61,913 nucleotides of DNA, from positions 1-61,913 of the forward strand of contig JAFXEC010000052.1 of NCBI GenBank assembly GCA_017521005.1. Direction: 5' to 3'. How positions within the stretch are numbered: the first letter of the stretch is position 1; each line of letters opens with the position of its first letter. Source of the DNA: Clostridia bacterium (GTDB lineage Bacteria > Bacillota > Clostridia > TANB77 > CAG-465). Position numbers and translations under genes: made by a program. The notes below the pieces were generated by a model. The model made no database searches, was not told where the DNA came from, and saw only the letters and a program-made list of their open reading frames with translations. Below are positions 60,073-61,913 of the stretch, piece by piece.

Positions 60073-61119
60073 ATGAAGAAAATATTAACAATATTATTAG
60101 TAGGAATGATTGTATTAACAGGTTTTTGCAATAATGTTTATGCTAAGGGATCAATAAAACCTTCGCTTTCAAGTTTAACAATGGAAGAGGGAGGCTCTAA
60201 AACATTTAAGATATCTGCTTCTAATGCAGCAGGAAGAGTGGACATTTCTACGTCCAACTCTTCGGTTGCAACAGTCAGTGTAAAAAGTAAATGGTTAGAT
60301 AACAGTAGTGTTTCGGTAAAAGTAACAGGTAAATCTGTGGGAACAGCTACAATAACAGTAAAATTATCTGATGCGGCTACATTTGATGAAGAAGTATTAA
60401 ACAAAACATATAAAATAACAGTAAAAGTAACAGAACCTAAATCTAAGAACAACAACTTAAGCTCAATATCTGTAGATGGATATAAATTAGTTAAGAAAAG
60501 CGATACATCATATACATTGGATGTAGGAAATAGTGTTTCTAAAATAACAATAAAAGCTTCTGCGGACGATTCTAAAGCTTCTGTATCTGGAACTGGTACA
60601 AAGAGTCTTAAAGAGGGCAAAAACACTTTTAATATCGTTGTAACAGCAGAATCTGGTGCAAAGAAAACATATGTAATAACAGTAAATAGAAAAGACGGAT
60701 ATTATCTAGAAGATTTAGCTGAAGCATTAAAAACAAGTGAACCAACAATTAAATTAAGAGATGGAGATAAACTTACATCAGAACACTTAGATAAGATTAA
60801 AGCGAGCGGAAAAACAGTTGTGCTAAATGCAGAAGATAAAGCAGGAGACTTTACATATTCTTGGAATGTAGATGGAACTAAACTTTCTACATATGCAGAA
60901 ACAGATACAGGAATAGTATTTGATTCAGAATATAAAGAGGAAATAGGAAAACTTTCAAACTATGCTGACGGTAAATATGTGCACTTTGAACAATCTGGTT
61001 CAAGCTTAAGCGGAACAACTGTAAAAATGAATGTTGGAGATAAATATAAAGACGAACATATATTAAATGTATATTTATATAATAAGGATAATAATACATT
61101 AACATTGGCAACAAATTGA
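60073..61119 (+). CDS. Secreted surface protein with Big_2-like and cadherin-like beta-sandwich domains, ending at an in-frame TGA
   Basis: Signal peptide. SLTMEEGGSKTFKISA...VGTATITV is Big_2-like. NNLSSISVDGYKL...KTYVITVNR is cadherin-like. Confidence 0.7.
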   Translation: MKKILTILLVGMIVLTGFCNNVYAKGSIKPSLSSLTMEEGGSKTFKISASNAAGRVDISTSNSSVATVSVKSKWLDNSSVSVKVTGKSVGTATITVKLSDAATFDEEVLNKTYKITVKVTEPKSKNNNLSSISVDGYKLVKKSDTSYTLDVGNSVSKITIKASADDSKASVSGTGTKSLKEGKNTFNIVVTAESGAKKTYVITVNRKDGYYLEDLAEALKTSEPTIKLRDGDKLTSEHLDKIKASGKTVVLNAEDKAGDFTYSWNVDGTKLSTYAETDTGIVFDSEYKEEIGKLSNYADGKYVHFEQSGSSLSGTTVKMNVGDKYKDEHILNVYLYNKDNNTLTLATN

Positions 61120-61353
61120 GTTTCAATTCTAAATGGAAATATAGAATTAAATCTTAAAGAGTATGGAGATTATATTATAACAAGAGCTAATATAGAAAAA
61201 GAAACAAAAACAGAATCTCCAATAACTAGCTTGTTAGGCGGAAGCAGTACAGCAGAAGAATCAGGAATTGATTTTAAGATGATAGCTATTGTAGAAGCTT
61301 GCGCAATCGTATTATTAATAATAGTAATTATAGCTAGAGGCAAAAGAAAATAA
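61120..61353 (+). other. In-frame, stop-free 77-codon continuation of the previous ORF encoding a TM anchor and basic tail
   Basis: Same frame as 60073..61119. Encodes ...MIAIVEACAIVLLIIVIIARGKRK then TAA. No RBS or plausible start of its own. Confidence 0.65.
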
Positions 61354-61385
61354 TCTAATAAACTAGATAATAGAATAAAGATAAT

Positions 61386-61416
61386 AAAAAACAGACTCGA
61401 TAGGAGTCTGTTTTTT
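61386..61416. terminator. Bidirectional terminator
   Basis: aaaaaacagactc-gatag-gagtctgtttttt. Confidence 0.8.
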
Positions 61417-61429
61417 ATTTGTTTGGTTA

Positions 61430-61913
61430 TTATTTTTTAGTTTTTGCATCTCTAGAAAGCTTAACGGCAGTTTTAACAACTTCGTAGCCACCATCATAGA
61501 TTTTGATTTTGTTTGCTTTAATAATATTATCACACATAGCAATAATATTAGTTTTTTCTGTTATAAGCATTTCAGCCATGTTAGTTGCTTGGTTAAATGT
61601 TCTACATTCAATAGTGCCATCTCCGATTTCAGCAGAACGAAGAGCGCCATATGCTTCGTGAGCACCAACTCTTCTAATAAGAAGTTTTGGAACGGGGTAG
61701 AAAGCAAGTTCGCTAGGTTTAGTTACCATTACATCACATTCGCGCATTAGAAGATTTGTAGAATATACAGCTGCAAATATATCGCTGTGTAAAAATACAT
61801 GTAATCCTTTTAAATCTTCATTAAGAGAAGCTTGAGAGGCAAATTCAGCCGTTTTATCAAAATCATCCGGATGAAGTGTTATTGTATCCATAAAGTTAGG
61901 GATTTTTTTAGCA
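61430..61913 (-). CDS. 3' part of a gene running off the window; possibly the C-terminal half of a GT-B-like glycosyltransferase
   Basis: The frame stays open upstream of the listed Met to the window edge. VTKPSELAFYPVPKL..GAHEAYGA loosely resembles GT-B C-terminal motifs. Confidence 0.3.
   Translation of the reverse strand, partial: AKKIPNFMDTITLHPDDFDKTAEFASQASLNEDLKGLHVFLHSDIFAAVYSTNLLMRECDVMVTKPSELAFYPVPKLLIRRVGAHEAYGALRSAEIGDGTIECRTFNQATNMAEMLITEKTNIIAMCDNIIKANKIKIYDGGYEVVKTAVKLSRDAKTKK

Noticed and set aside
61117-61148. Selenocysteine insertion at the in-frame TGA, given a hairpin just downstream.
   Set aside because: The hairpin is only a 7-bp all-weak A/T-rich stem with a 10-nt loop and no SECIS-like features. 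The protein is an extracellular adhesin-like protein, not a redox enzyme. No sel genes are in the window.
46892-61353. Stop-codon reassignment (alternative genetic code) as the explanation for the in-frame TAA in aspS and TGA in the surface protein.
   Set aside because: TAA, TAG and TGA all terminate well-defined, full-length conserved genes across the window at the expected lengths. Examples are uvrA and copA (TAA), murA (TAG) and the 110-aa cassette protein (TGA). The two events also involve different stop codons.
1-61913. Prophage, transposon, integron or other mobile element.
   Set aside because: I recognised no integrase, transposase, recombinase, phage structural gene or terminal inverted repeats. 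The only horizontal-transfer signal is the compositional shift at 49.7-52.2 kb, and it lacks clear flanking direct repeats.

Overview
61.9-kb chromosomal segment of a very AT-rich Firmicute, probably Clostridia-like (AbrB, T-box leader, dockerin, sortases). I saw no rRNA, tRNA, CRISPR array, integrase or transposase. Housekeeping genes: uvrB, uvrA, murA, rlmH, rsmI, rnhB, copZ-copA, rpmF, prfB, aspS, gpsA, lepA and RNase P RNA. Between them lie cell-surface accessory loci: a CpsC/D/B tyrosine-kinase module followed by an unusual sortase fusion, a class B sortase with an NPPTG substrate, and a giant S8 protease-LRR-dockerin protein. The strongest candidate for something new is at 21.6-31.9 kb. 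It holds a minimal glycan-assembly set (priming transferase, two-domain GT2, Wzx) and a Wzy_C/O-antigen-ligase-like protein. These are interleaved with three members of a modular protein family; a fourth member lies at 42.8 kb. All four share a near-identical pilin-like N-terminal handle that lacks the canonical Glu5, and each carries a different C-terminal domain. Second candidate: a compositionally distinct two-gene cassette at 49.7-52.2 kb (ABC half-transporter plus convergent 110-aa protein) between gpsA and lepA. Other points: a promoter-driven tandem 48-nt hairpin/sORF element upstream of rpmF, an in-frame TAA in aspS behind an intact Asp T-box, and an in-frame TGA inside a surface-protein gene. 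All homology calls come from motif recognition by eye and need database confirmation.
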